Source of the DNA: Octopus bimaculoides
Taxonomy: Eukaryota
DNA: 54,782 nt
NCBI RefSeq assembly: GCF_001194135.2
Contig: NC_068996.1
Coordinates: 23,903,867 to 23,958,648, forward strand
Reading direction: 5' to 3'
Shown here: piece by piece, positions 1 through 13,105 of the stretch
Position numbering within the stretch: the stretch's first letter is position 1
How the letters are laid out: each line of letters starts with the position of its first letter
Made by a program: the position numbers and the translations under genes
The notes under the pieces: generated by a model
Told to the model about the DNA's origin: nothing
Database searches by the model: none
Seen by the model: only the letters and a program-made list of their open reading frames with translations

Positions 1-565
1 TGAGAGATATTCTTCATTCTTAGGTTTATTTATTCAGTGAAATTGCACAGTAGTATATATGCTTTTATTTGTAATATTTCAATAAAATTGGAGACAAATA
101 TTTGAGATTAATTTCTAAAGGCACATGAATTTTATATAAATTGTTTCATTCCAAAATTAACAGAGGAATGTGTAGAGATGGCCATTTTTCATTGGGCAAG
201 GAAAATATTATTGCTGAATGTTTCCTGAAGAATTAAATCTCTCAAGAATTTCATGATATGGAACTTTATATGAAAATATTTTCAAATTATGTTTACTAAA
301 ACCTATCAACATTCTAAATGGATGAGAAATTGATAATGATTCTGAATAATATCTTCAGTGAATTTTACAAGATGATGTATTTGATATTGTTTTTCTTCAG
401 GTTCTTTTATGTTAATTCAGTGAGATATCAAAACATTTAAGATTTATTTAAGAACATGAGAAAAATGCAGAGCAATGTCAATAAATTTACATGTAAAACT
501 TTTGCAGTCTAAATGTGGACTTTGTGTGTGCGTGTGTGTGTGTATAGATAGATAGATAGATAGAT

Positions 566-920
566 ATTCTTTTACTTGTTGCATTCATTTGACTGTAGCC
601 ATGTCGGAACACTGCCTTAAAGGGTTTTTAACTTGAAGAAATTGCCTCCAGGACTTATTCTTTGTAAGCCTAGAACTTAATCTGTCTCTGTTTGCCGAAC
701 CACTAAGTAAACACACCAACATTGGTTGTCAAGAGATGGTGGTGGTGAGGGACAAACACAAAGACACACATCTACCGAATCCACTCACAAGGCTCTGCTC
801 AGTGTTTTCTACTGTACTCTGCTACAGTAGAAAACACCCAAGATGCCAGGTAGTGGGATCAAACAGGGGACCATGTGGTTGGGAAGCAAGCTTCTTACCA
901 CACAGCCATGCCTGCACCAT
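566..920 (-). mobile_element. tRNA-headed SINE, family B (CORE-like centre), near full length
   Basis: Minus-strand head GGTGCAGGCATGGCTGTGTGGTAAGAAGCTTGCTTCCCAACCACATGG with an A-box, and 3' end ...AAACAAGTAAAAGAAT. Aligns by eye with copies at 12285, 14135, 29175, 51612 and 54445. Confidence 0.8.
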
Positions 921-1140
921 ATAAACACACACACATATATATAATAGGTTAACACTACAATCTTTGTGTGCTTTTGAAAGACTATTATGTATCTTTCATG
1001 TTATAATTGTTTTATTTTTAACACGTGGTCTTAGACTGAACCACTTGCCAGCCAAATACATATTCAAAATATACATATATGTGCATACATACACACCCAC
1101 ACATCAATTTAGATGTGGACTTTATATATATATATTTGAA

Positions 1141-1173
<33 letters not shown>

Positions 1174-2761
1174 CATATATATATAAAGATGACATCTATT
1201 TTTATGTCTTCCTAATTTTCTCAAGAATAATACTTTGAGCAAGTGTTGTATTTCCACCAAGTCCTTGATATAAAACACTGGTATCCTTGCTAAACTTCAT
1301 CTCAAGAGACAAAGAAAGATAAGACTATTTTCATGTTGTAGCCATCAGTTATGATGTCTTATTGTCATTTGGAGGATACTGCAAGATTTTATCAGGCTGT
1401 ATGTGTGTGAATGTCATGACTGTTCAAATTTGTAGAGGAATCATTTATAAAAATGTTTTCATAATTAAGTGCAAAAGTTAAGATGATGGTTTATAGTCAA
1501 AATGTGTTGAATGAGTCAAGGGGCAAGAGATCTCTTCATTATATTTTAGAGATCATTGAGGAATACTAGTATAATCTGATTGGCTATCAGTTATTTTATT
1601 CAATGCAATTATCAATTCTAATAAAACATGAGATTTTTCAAGATTCATATTGAAGAGGAACGGTACTGAAATAAATTAACAGCTCTGTAAAAAAAATTTA
1701 AAAATCACAACTTTCAGATTAGTCTTTCAAGCTACTTATCATGTCAATATAGGCAGAAAGTAAGAGAAAAGATATCCCCGCCACCACCAATATAAATTAC
1801 AAACAAAAATATTTTGTTGCAAATGGCTGAATGAAAGACCTCTATCTCTAAGTGGTTGTTTGACATGCTGCATGGCACCAAATCTCCTCCTACAGTTTAA
1901 AAATAGGATATATCTGATAATATAGTCATAGACACAATGTCTCAATAAAAGAATGGATGGTCGGAAATGGAACAGCTTAAATGATCATAAGATTGTTAAA
2001 TGTAATTAAACAACTGTGTCACAATATATGCAAAAACTTGACTTATGATTTTAAAAAGATCAAAAGAAAATCTATGAACTAAGAAAATGAAGAAACGTTT
2101 TAGATATTGACAATAACTAGTGAAATTTTCATTAATGAAACAGTTGGACCAAGTTCAGTTATATTAAGAAAAAGTAATGCACAACCAATATACGATGTTA
2201 TACGTATAGTAATTGATTCTATCATTTACTTTGACAAGTATTCAGAAGGACATGTTTCACTGGCAAGGTCAAAATAACACTAAAATATCTGGAATTGTCT
2301 CCCACATACACCCTCCTAACCCAAAAAGAAAACGAGAATTATAGTTGTTGACTAATATTTTCCCCTGACTACATAGTTATATTTAGTTTATTTCATTGAC
2401 CCTCTTCATTAAATACGTTAGTTAACACTAAATTAAATTGAATATAGTTTGTAAAACACGATGTCACCTGTCTAGAGCCGAAGCACAGTTGTTTTCCTTT
2501 TTTTTTTTTTAAAGTATTGCAACAATCTAAGGTTGTAGTTTTCAAACGAACATCAGACATTAAGTTTGCCAGAGCATTGCCAACAAGCATTATATCACGT
2601 TATAATTTTCTCAGGTGAGAAACTAAGCCAATGCTGTTTTTGTTGTTCGTACATAGGCTATGGCAGTCATTGATATAGATTTGGTCTTAACACAAACTAA
2701 AAAAGTAAGAAAGAAGTACTAAAATGGTTTAAGTGTAGATTACATATTATCTTATAATAAT

Positions 2762-2978
2762 TCTTTCTATTATAGGCACAAGGCCTGAAATTTTCTGGAG
2801 GAGGGGGTGATCGATTACATCGACTCCAGCACTTGACTAGTATTTTATTTCATCGAGACTGAAAAGGATGAAAAGTTGAGCTCGGTAGAATTTGAACTCA
2901 GAACGTAAAAAGATGGAAGTGCTGCTAAGCATTCAGTATTCTTTTCGGCGTGCTAACAATCCTGCCAGCTCACTGTCT
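2762..2978 (-). mobile_element. tRNA-headed SINE, family A (Meta-domain-like centre)
   Basis: Family signature on + is ggcacaaggcc...gaaaggatgaaa...atttgaactcagaacg; the last part is the B-box GAGTTCAAAT on minus. Confidence 0.85.
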
Positions 2979-4134
2979 AAATAAAGAACAAAAATAATAA
3001 ACTAAATATACGCAAACGTGAGCCCACACTGACCATCTCCTACCCCAGCACTCTATTTGCTTGCTTTATATGGGCCAAGATGTATATTATTTCATACACT
3101 CCATTTAACCCGGTTCAAACGTAAAAAACTATATGCTTGTTATGGACGAGCAATTAGCATTAAGATTATAAAGCAAGTCCATTTATTTTCGTATTTCTGA
3201 TATTTCCAGAAATTATTAAACATGAGCGCCTAAGTGAGAACGATCAAAACACACAGACACCCACGCACAAACACATTCCCGCACATATATGCATAGATAC
3301 GTACACACGTAGCAAAAAAATACCCAACCCCTCCAAAATACTAGCACAATAAATTGAATATTAAATAAGGGTAGACAGATACGTTTGAGTGTATGTGTGT
3401 AATAAGTATGAGTGTGTGTACTGTAATATGTGTATTTATTAAGAAAGCAGATCGACGGTTTTTGTTATTAATCATGTTAATTAATGAATTGTGCTAAGGA
3501 AACTGTTCAATGAACAGTGTGATAGAGTAGCAAAGTATCGATTGGGAGTTTGTAAATGTTAGGCAGCCAACAGGAGTGGGCAGAGAAAGGAAAGAGAAAA
3601 AAGTGTATGAAGGAGGAGGAGGAGGTGTAAAAAGAGAGAAAGAGAAAGTGTGCGTAAAGGAGGCGTAAAGAGAGAGAGAGAGAGAGAGAGGGAGTGTGTG
3701 AGCTTCCACATAGCTTTCAACTATCAAGGGAGGTAACTCGACTATTTACCTATGTATTTAGGGCAAACAAAAATTATGAATGGAGTTCTGTGCTGAGACT
3801 CCATTCATGAAATTTATTAATTTTTTTATTAAACAGAAGCCACTCGTCAGCAAGTTTAAACAAGACACTTGAAGATGAACTTCTTAATGCTTATAAACTA
3901 CACACAACTGATAGAAACTTTCGATACAAAATAATAATAAAGATAATGATTTGTGAATTTGGCGGGAGACAACAGTAGATTAAATGAATGTGTGCTGCTT
4001 GACTGCTATACATGTATTTTTAATCAACGATGGAAGGGTGAATGGCTGTCAGTTTTGACTTCCACGAGATTTGAACTTAAAACTATACAATATTTTTGTC
4101 AAGTATTTTACTGATTTTGCAGTTTAATAATCGT

Positions 4135-4545
4135 AACAATGGGTTCAGATGTTGGCACAAGGCCAGGAATTTGGGGACAGTGTTAGTCAACTACCTACTT
4201 ATTTTATTGATCCCAAAAGGAGAAAAGGCAAAGTCGACCAGGCGGTATTTGAACTCAAAACAAAGATGGGTGAAATGCCGCTAAGCATTTTTCCGGCGCG
4301 GTAACGATTCTGCCAGCTCGCCTTATCCATGCCCTGCGGCTAATAAAAGAAATTATTATTATTAAAAATAATATTTTCTTCTATAGGCACAATGCCTGAA
4401 ATGTTGGGAGAGGAGGCTAGTCGATTACATCGGTCTCAAAAGGGCGAAATTAACCTAGGCAGAATTTAAACTAGAAACGCAAAGCCGGAAGAAATGCTAC
4501 AAGCATTTTGTCCGGTATGTTAACGCTCCTACCGGCTCACCGTTC
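4135..4545 (-). mobile_element. Two tandem family A SINEs that retain their CpGs
   Basis: ggcacaaggcc/ggcacaatgcc starts at about 4155 and 4386; B-box complements atttgaactc and atttaaactag. Confidence 0.85.
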
Positions 4546-4867
4546 CAATGATATCTAATAATATTCTGAAAGGGCGCGTTAACCAATTTAAATTAACCAC
4601 AGTACTGCTTAATTGTATATTTTCATTGACCATAAGTAGTACCAGAGCACAAGTACACGGAGAATACACGTTCATTAGCATGCTCGTTAGGATTTTCGTA
4701 GATTAAAATAAATAAATAAATAAATAAAGAGGATGAAAAAAATTACCCAAAAATGAAGATACATTTAATATTAATCTTAACTCTGCACTCCATCTGACCA
4801 GTAAACAATGCTTTATACTCAGTATAGACCGATTGCAATTCCCAATAAAGACACAAATATATATATA

Positions 4868-5603
4868 NNNNNNNNNNNNNNNNNNNNNNNNNNNNNNNNN
4901 NNNNNNNNNNNNNNNNNNNNNNNNNNNNNNNNNNNNNNNNNNNNNNNNNNNNNNNNNNNNNNNNNNNNNNNNNNNNNNNNNNNNNNNNNNNNNNNNNNNN
5001 NNNNNNNNNNNNNNNNNNNNNNNNNNNNNNNNNNNNNNNNNNNNNNNNNNNNNNNNNNNNNNNNNNNNNNNNNNNNNNNNNNNNNNNNNNNNNNNNNNNN
5101 NNNNNNNNNNNNNNNNNNNNNNNNNNNNNNNNNNNNNNNNNNNNNNNNNNNNNNNNNNNNNNNNNNNNNNNNNNNNNNNNNNNNNNNNNNNNNNNNNNNN
5201 NNNNNNNNNNNNNNNNNNNNNNNNNNNNNNNNNNNNNNNNNNNNNNNNNNNNNNNNNNNNNNNNNNNNNNNNNNNNNNNNNNNNNNNNNNNNNNNNNNNN
5301 NNNNNNNNNNNNNNNNNNNNNNNNNNNNNNNNNNNNNNNNNNNNNNNNNNNNNNNNNNNNNNNNNNNNNNNNNNNNNNNNNNNNNNNNNNNNNNNNNNNN
5401 NNNNNNNNNNNNNNNNNNNNNNNNNNNNNNNNNNNNNNNNNNNNNNNNNNNNNNNNNNNNNNNNNNNNNNNNNNNNNNNNNNNNNNNNNNNNNNNNNNNN
5501 NNNNNNNNNNNNNNNNNNNNNNNNNNNNNNNNNNNNNNNNNNNNNNNNNNNNNNNNNNNNNNNNNNNNNNNNNNNNNNNNNNNNNNNNNNNNNNNNNNNN
5601 NNN
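4868..5603. other. Assembly gap (others at 23804-24131, 25551-26004, 27146-27302, 29425-29996, 37576-37654, 45825-45924)
   Basis: N runs, each flanked on at least one side by (TA)n, (A)n or (GA)n, typical of short-read scaffolding. Confidence 0.99.
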
Positions 5604-7064
5604 ATATATACATACACACACACACACAAAACTATGTGTGTAGACACTATCATCAAATTATACATATATACATATGATATAAATAAATTATATGAGTTTA
5701 CATTTAGTGGTTTGATCAACAGAATTATCAACCTCATTGAATTCAGGATGTATGCGGTTGAGTATTCTGTAGATAAGTGTACCCTTTATCAGAAGTAGTG
5801 TGATAGAATGTGACATGGGTGGACCTTTGAATTGCTCACACAATTTATCTGATGAACTTCCACAGTTTTTGCCTTCCCATTTCACTCTTAGAGTGTGGAA
5901 CAATCTTGTTCCATGGAAAATATCTGTCCAAGATCTAAGATGTCATACAGTGAAACTGAACCTGAGACTCTGTGATTAAGAATAAACTTCCAAACTATTC
6001 CATCATCATTGCCATTGGACATCCACCTCACATGCTGGTTTGGGTTGCATGGATTGACAGCATTCTTTGAGCCAGAAGAGTGCGTTGTGCACCAATATCT
6101 GGTTTGGTGGAGTTTCTACAGCTGAATGCTCTAGGTACAATCCATAAGTAAAAGATGGAATGATTCTACATATGTAAGTTAAGTATTTTTTTACCAATGC
6201 CATTGAAACATCAACTAAGGACATTTCTTACAAATGCCCACCAGATTCTTTGATCTATGGTTCTCAGTTTGGCTGTTTCTTTATTAGAATGTGTAACCAA
6301 ATACCATTGATATTCATGTATCTGAACTGCTAATACTCTAAAAATATGCTGGAAGAAATTTGTTTAAAAAAAAAACTGATTAGTATCTAGAATTTAGGAT
6401 AAAAGTTCTAAAAATTTCATTCAAGTGTTAAAATAATTAAAAATAGAAGTCATAACCAAAAAGGGAAATAAATAAATTAGAGCAGAGGATGGTAGACTTG
6501 GAGCATCAGACAAAATACATTGTGACATTCAATTGTGACCTGCTTATGTTCTGAGCACGAGTTCAAAATCCTTTGGGATCAACTATGCATATTATTTAAT
6601 TCTGAGGTTGATTTAAAGTAAGTACAGGGGTGGTGGTTGATGTTAAGTTATGCACTTAGCTCCCTTTTTTATGGAAAGTGCAAAAGCATGGCCACAATCC
6701 AGTGACTTAAACTAGCAAGAGAATGTGCTAACACACACACACTTTCATTTTCTCTCTCTGTGTTTTTCACACACAAGAGTTTATCAGAAGAGAATATTCC
6801 AGTCTGAGAGCAGAAAGTTTTTGAGAGAAATGGTGCCAGTTGTGAGGAAAGAGTAGAGTGGATGTATGACGACTGTAATCATGTTGGTTAATTGCTGAAA
6901 GTGGAAATAGGCGGAAACTAAAAACAGATAAAAATGACAAGACAGCCAAGCTTGTGAGTGTTTAATGAGCAAAACTTGGGTACATTGGAGGTGTGTATGC
7001 GTAAGTGTGTATATGTGAGTGCAATCGACAGCAGCAAAATTATGGTGTGTGTGCATGCGTTTTA

Positions 7065-7170
7065 CGTGTGTGTGTGTATTTGCATGTGAGTGCATGAAAT
7101 TAACAGCTGTAGAGTTATGTGTGTGTGTATTTGCATGTGAGTGCATGAAATTAACAGCTGTAGAGTTATG
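7065..7170. repeat. Two-copy 51-bp tandem duplication
   Basis: GTGTGTGTATTTGCATGTGAGTGCATGAAATTAACAGCTGTAGAGTTAT occurs twice, with octamers at 7078 and 7129. Confidence 0.95.
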
Positions 7171-7411
7171 TGTGTGTGTGTGTGTACAGAGGTAGTTGGG
7201 ATGAGAGAGAGGGGAGAGAACCACTGAAGACTGTGCCAGATAAGAAAGAAACTAAGCAAGGAGATGGAAACAGTTTGTTTAAATGAAAAAAATATATATA
7301 TAAAACTTAAGTGTAAGTGTGTGAATAAATGAGATATTGAATAATTAATTTTCATGTAGCTATATAGCTGCACCTACATGTAAATGTATGTATGTGCATG
7401 TAGATACACAT

Positions 7412-7447
<36 letters not shown>

Positions 7448-8821
7448 TGCATATGTACACACGTGTATGTATATATATATATATACACATACATATATAT
7501 ATATATAATATATACATATATACATACGTACACATAAATATACTCACTAGTTGTGTAAAGAACAAGATAGTCTCTTTTCCTTTTCTTTCCAACACTGCCG
7601 TTAGGCAGGTGGTTAGTTTGATACAAACATTGAATGATTGTGTTTTTGTGTGCATATGTACGTATGAACACACATACAAGCATGTATATATACATGCATA
7701 CCCATATATATGCAAGAGGGCAAACGTGCATATATACATACACACACACATACACTCATGAGCATGTGTATGCATGATTGTATATGTGTGTGTTTGATAA
7801 TTCTCAGTGTAGTCAAGAAGTAGTTAATAATAATAATAATAATAATAATAAAGGTTGAATTGGTAAAATGGGAAACTTGGAACAGGTGGGTAGGAGGGTG
7901 GGGATAACCACAACTTGCTGCTGTTGATACTGTTGCTGCTGCTGCTGCCATTGCAAACAGGATGTAGGAATTGGTAGTAAGTGACAATTAAGGTAGATGT
8001 ACAGATCATTCAAAGTTGCTCTTGGCAGGAAGTATATCATTCTGATAGCACTCAAAGTAATTAGGGTGGTGAAGATGATGAGGACAGCGGTGGCAGTGTT
8101 GGTGTTTCTAAGTGGTGAAGGTGGTGAGGATGGTGGTAATTGTGTTAGTGGTGGTGGTGGAAAAAAAGTGGGTTGTAGTTTTTTTAGCACAGCTCAGCAG
8201 TGTTGAGAAGAAAGAAAGAAAGCAAGAACAAGGGAGACTCTGCAAAGTATAAATCTAAACATAAAATAATATGACAAAAAAAAAAAATGTTCTACTCCCC
8301 ACCATTCTATTAAAAAAAAAAAGTAGTAAATATCAGGAGCATAAAAATAAATAGATAAGGAAAGAATTAAATTTTTTAAAAATATAATAAAATGCACTAA
8401 GACAGAGTGTATATATAAAATATATGCACAAGCAATAAATAAATAAAACATCTGTTTTATATACAGCTAAGGGTTGTGTGTGTGTGTGTATCCATATCCA
8501 TAATAAATCTTTATATGTATATTTTATATATTTTGAGATGATATTCAGTTAATTTACTGATATACAAAAAAAGGGGGGGGGGAGGATTTTACATTTTATA
8601 TTTAAATAGTTATTTACAATATAAATGCAATGATAGAATCTGTACATATTTTACAAAGTAAGAATTAAAATTATATTACATACAGCTATTGCATCAGCAG
8701 AAGTAGAATTGTTTTAACTTTTAAACTATTTACAATGTTACATTTAAAATAATAAAAGTGAAATTAAAAAAAAAAAAAAATCCCATTAAATTTTATGATG
8801 CGGCGATGATGATGATGAATA

Positions 8822-9480
8822 ATTCTTTCTACTTTGAGGCACAAAACCTGAAGCTTGGGGGGGGGGGGGCTAGCTGATCACATCAACCCCAGTGAACCCC
8901 AAAGGACGAAAGGCAAGTCACCTTGGTGGAATTTGAACTCAGAATGTAAAGCTGGAAAAAATGTTGCTGAGCATTCTATCTGGTGTGCTAATGATTTTGC
9001 TAGCTCACTACTTGATGATGATGATGATAATAATAATAATAATTAATAATAATAATAATGTTTCTGTTTTAGGCACAAGGCCAGCAGTTTTGAGAAGAGT
9101 GGGAAAGGTTTAGTCAACCACATTGATACCAGTACTTGAAATGGTACTTTATTTTACTGATGCCCTCCTAAAGGATGAATTTAACTTCAGTGTGATTTGA
9201 ACTCAAGAGCTGGAACAAAACTGAAGCATTTTTTTTCCCAATGTTCTATCAATTCTGTAATTGCCAATACACCACCCAGGCACAATGCCAGAAAACTGGG
9301 AGGAAAGAAAGAAAGAGCAGTGAAGTACTGATGATTTCAGAACTTCATATGTACTTTATTTCATTGATCGCCTAGGAATGATGAAAGACAAGTTGACTTC
9401 AGCAGAATTTGAAATCAGAACATAAAGAACTGAAACAAACACAAGACTTTTTTTTTTGTCTGATGAAATGATTCCATCAA
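8822..9480 (-). mobile_element. Cluster of three decayed family A SINEs joined by (AAT)n
   Basis: Repeated ggcacaa...atttgaactc/atttgaaatc modules at about 8838, 9072 and 9278. Confidence 0.8.
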
Positions 9481-9974
9481 ACTTTATGAGTTCATGACAA
9501 ACCACACATCTATCTATCTACTGACCGACCGACCAACCTACCTACTTACCTATCTAGATAGATAGACTGACAGATGGATAGATAAACAGATAAAGTATTA
9601 AATTTCCCTAAGCTAAGTTTTGATTACCTACAGATAAAACTAGTTTCTATTCTCAAAGAATTTTTAAAAAAATAAATTTGCAATTTCTCCCAGTTATAAT
9701 AATAATTCCCACTATTTGGTAAAACACCAAATTCTTTAACAGGCTGGCAAGATAAAAGAGAAACTTAAAGTTTTAGAATGTAATTTCTATAAAATAAAAT
9801 ACTTTTTAAAACTGTCTTAAATGCTTTGGCGGTAGGAGAGCAAAGTAATTTAACTACCTAACAGAAGAATTTCAGAAAAGGAAATAAAAAGAAGTGCCCC
9901 AAATAAAAGGAGTAGTGTGAGTGGGTGTACAGCAGGAAAACAATGAGTATCAGAGTGTTTACATCATTACTAAC

Positions 9975-10315
9975 TAGGTAATGGGTAAAGACTCCCTTTG
10001 GTCATGAATGACAATGGGATTGGACCTAGAAAGTTACCCTCCGAGGTACAAGTCTGGGAAAAGTTGTTCATGGAAGACCAGCAGTCACCCATGCATTCCA
10101 GCCTCCCCTCTCCACACCACCAGTGTTATCCAAGGGAAAAACAAAGGCTGATACAGCTTGGCACCGGTGACATCACAACTCATTTCTATAGCTGAGTGAA
10201 CTGGAGCAACGTGAAATAAAGGGCCTTGCTCAAGAACAATACACAGTTTGGTTTGGAAATTGAACTCACTACCTCATGATTATGAGCCTGATGGTCTAAC
10301 CACCGAGCCATTACT
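9975..10315 (-). mobile_element. tRNA-headed CORE-type SINE (family D)
   Basis: Minus head ATGGCTCGGTGGTTAG...GAGTTCAATTTCC, then TTCTTGAGCAAGGCCCTTTATTTCACGTTGCTCCAGTTCACTCAGCT, resembling the CORE domain. A related decayed copy lies at about 50230-50385. Confidence 0.7.
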
Positions 10316-12284
10316 AATTGCCCTTATAATATACCCCAAAAGGATATATTGCTTGTGTCGATGGAAATGTTACATTCCAGAAAATCTTGCCATAACAAAA
10401 TTTTATGTATCAGCAAGAATTTTAGGAACAAAATGCTTCTGTAACATGGGGCATGTTTATATTGGTCAAATATAAACCTAGACATATTTAGTGGTGTTGA
10501 ATATCAGTATGTATACACACACATGACTGCATGTATACTGATCATTATAACTCCGTAGTTCTTATCCCAGGTACGTACATACATATTGATTGATAGGTGT
10601 AAGGAATAATGGAAGTAAGTCCTATCAATTTATAATTGCACAATTAACAAATTTTGTTGATGACCCCCCCCCCCAGTCGTATAGTTGCAGTCATCTCACC
10701 GAAATCTCCACTGGCATGAGATGAAGTGTATAACATGTGTTGATTAATAAACTGTTGATTGAGTATCATCTGCTTTATGCCATCTATACAAGCTGTGCAT
10801 ATGCTTGATGCAAACTAACTGCCAAGGTCTTCTTGGATTGCACTACTCTATGCTGCATAGATACATATTTTCAGAAGAATATTGTTTTGTGGAAAGGACT
10901 ACTTAAAATAATGTATAATAAGCTTCCACATTGTCTTTGATTTCATGCTGTAGTTAAAATTATTTATTTCTTGATATTGGGATAAAAAATGAAGAACTCC
11001 TGTGGTAGAAGATATGACAAGTAAATAGCACAAAATATAATTTTCAAACATGTTCTCTGCTAAAACTTCACCCTCAGTACTGCCTATGTAGACTTTATGC
11101 TATCTCAAGAACCAAACACTTCAGGAAAAACAATTCAATTTCAAAAGAAATTATACATTTCATGGTTCCCTACCAACAACTGTAGAATTTCCACTTATAG
11201 TGATAGTTTTGCTCATGTTATTTATCAGAAGCTGGAAACAAGTTCAGAATAATGATCTCTGATGTTTTTAGACTCCAGTATACATGCACACACACACATA
11301 TATGTAAATATACATGCACATGTATATACATATATGCATGTGTGTATTGTACACACACACACACACAGAAATCTTCATTGATATATTTTGAAAATTTGTT
11401 GACTCAGTGGAAGAAAAAATGTGAGGAGCAGTAATTTTTGTATTTACACAAATCACAGAAGATGCTGTGATTTTCATCCATTTCCTAATGGCTCAAATAA
11501 AGGCAATCATATAAAATACAGCTATTAGAAGTGAAATTATCAGAGAAAGCTTCACTAATGATTTTAGCCCTAGGTCAACCCTCAATGAGTAAAACTATTG
11601 TCAAAGTTGTAACAGTCATGAGTGATCTGTCTTTTTTTGATTATCAATGCAGCCTTCTCTTTTTAAGAGAGTAGGGTGTGTTTTTCAGGAACGCCTGACT
11701 ACAATCTCTAGCAGATTGTGTGACTATGTAGAAGCTTCCTCATTGTAGAGTTTGTTGGGGGTGAACTTACTACTGACAGAAAACGCATGCGTGTGTGCGT
11801 GTACTCACTCCAACAACACCACTGAAGCATTTTAATAGCAGAAATATAGAAGGGGAAAGAACTTTCTGTGTGTGTGGAGAAGATAGATAGAGGGAGAAAA
11901 GAGGGTTGTAGCTGGAAGTGGGTGTGCAGAAAAAAAAAGACAAGAGTATGAAGAATTTAATAGGGTAGGGAAGGAGGTTTAGTATAGTATGCAAAAATAA
12001 ATGGGAGTAAACTCAGCAGAGGCAGTGGTGGTGAAGATGAAGTGTAGGGCAGAAGGAAGTACAAGGGGAGAGAGAGAGAGAGGGGTTGTGGGTGTATGTG
12101 TGGGATGGGTTGGCAATGAGAGAAGCAGAGGAAATCTGGTAATGGAAGGGACAGCTGTTTAGGACACCTGGCAAGGATAATGTTCTACAGAATGATGTCC
12201 ATCATACTAGCGATGGTACTACACATACACACACATGTATGAGTGTGTATATGTACGTATGTATGTTTGTATGTATCATACATT

Positions 12285-12662
12285 TTTACTTGTTTCAGTT
12301 ATTGGACTGTGTCTTCTTGAAGTGTTCAGTCAATTAAACCACTTCAGTACTTACTTTAGTCTGGCACTAATTCTAAACGGATTTTTTTTTTTTATGGGGA
12401 TGTAAACAAACCAACAGTTGTCAAGAAATGAGAGACAAACAAAAAAAAAAATGTATATATGTGCAAGCATGCACAACACACATACTCTCTCTCTCTCTCT
12501 CTCAATAGACTTCCAGAGAGTTTCCATCAACCGAATCTACTCACAAGATATTGGTTGGCTGGTGGCCATAGTAGATGACATTTTCTGAAGTGTCACAAAC
12601 GGGGATAGAAACGGAAACCATTTGAATAGGAAGGGACCTTCTTTATTGTATAACCATGCATA
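12285..12662 (-). mobile_element. Family B SINE, decayed
   Basis: ttttacttgtttcag... tail on + and cttctttattgtataaccatgc head complement. Confidence 0.7.
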
Positions 12663-12894
12663 AGCCTATATATATATATATATATATATATATTTTTATA
12701 TATGACGTTGACCACTAACGTGAACATTCAATGATATATATATATATATACACATGTGTGTGTGTGTATATATACACACACACACAATTTACTTAATCAC
12801 TTCTTCCATGCTAAAAAAAAATGAAAGACAAAGTTGACTACATCAGGATATGCAGCTAAAAACAGCTAAGAGAGTAATAGATAATAATAATAAT

Positions 12895-13105
12895 GGTTTA
12901 GAATTTTGGCACAAGACCAGCAATTTTAAGGGGATAATTGAAGCTGACTATGTTGATCCTCAGTACTGGTATTGGTGCTTAATTTGCTGACCTTGAAAGG
13001 ATGAAAAGCAGAGTCAACCTTGAATGGATTTGAATCCAGAACGTAAAGAACTGGAATAAATGCCACCAGGTATTTTGTCTAGCGCAGTAATTATTCTGTC
13101 AGCAG
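12895..13105 (-). mobile_element. Family A SINE
   Basis: tttggcacaagaccagc...gaaaggatgaaaagc...ggatttgaatccagaacg. Confidence 0.8.

Noticed and set aside
1950-2200. Faint mariner-like peptide (TVSQYMQKL...YEL)
   Set aside because: Too short and degenerate, with no TIR or WVPHEL/DE motifs.
4703-5798. Long ORFs of 150-344 aa here and at 23655-24359, 25306-26213, 29341-30013 and 37443-37806
   Set aside because: Artefacts of N gaps and (TA)n/(CA)n/(GA)n tracts (X runs, [16 protein letters not shown]).
10755-10785. KADDTQ on minus resembling the L2/CR1 RT motif YADDTQ
   Set aside because: No supporting RT motifs were recognisable in the flanks.
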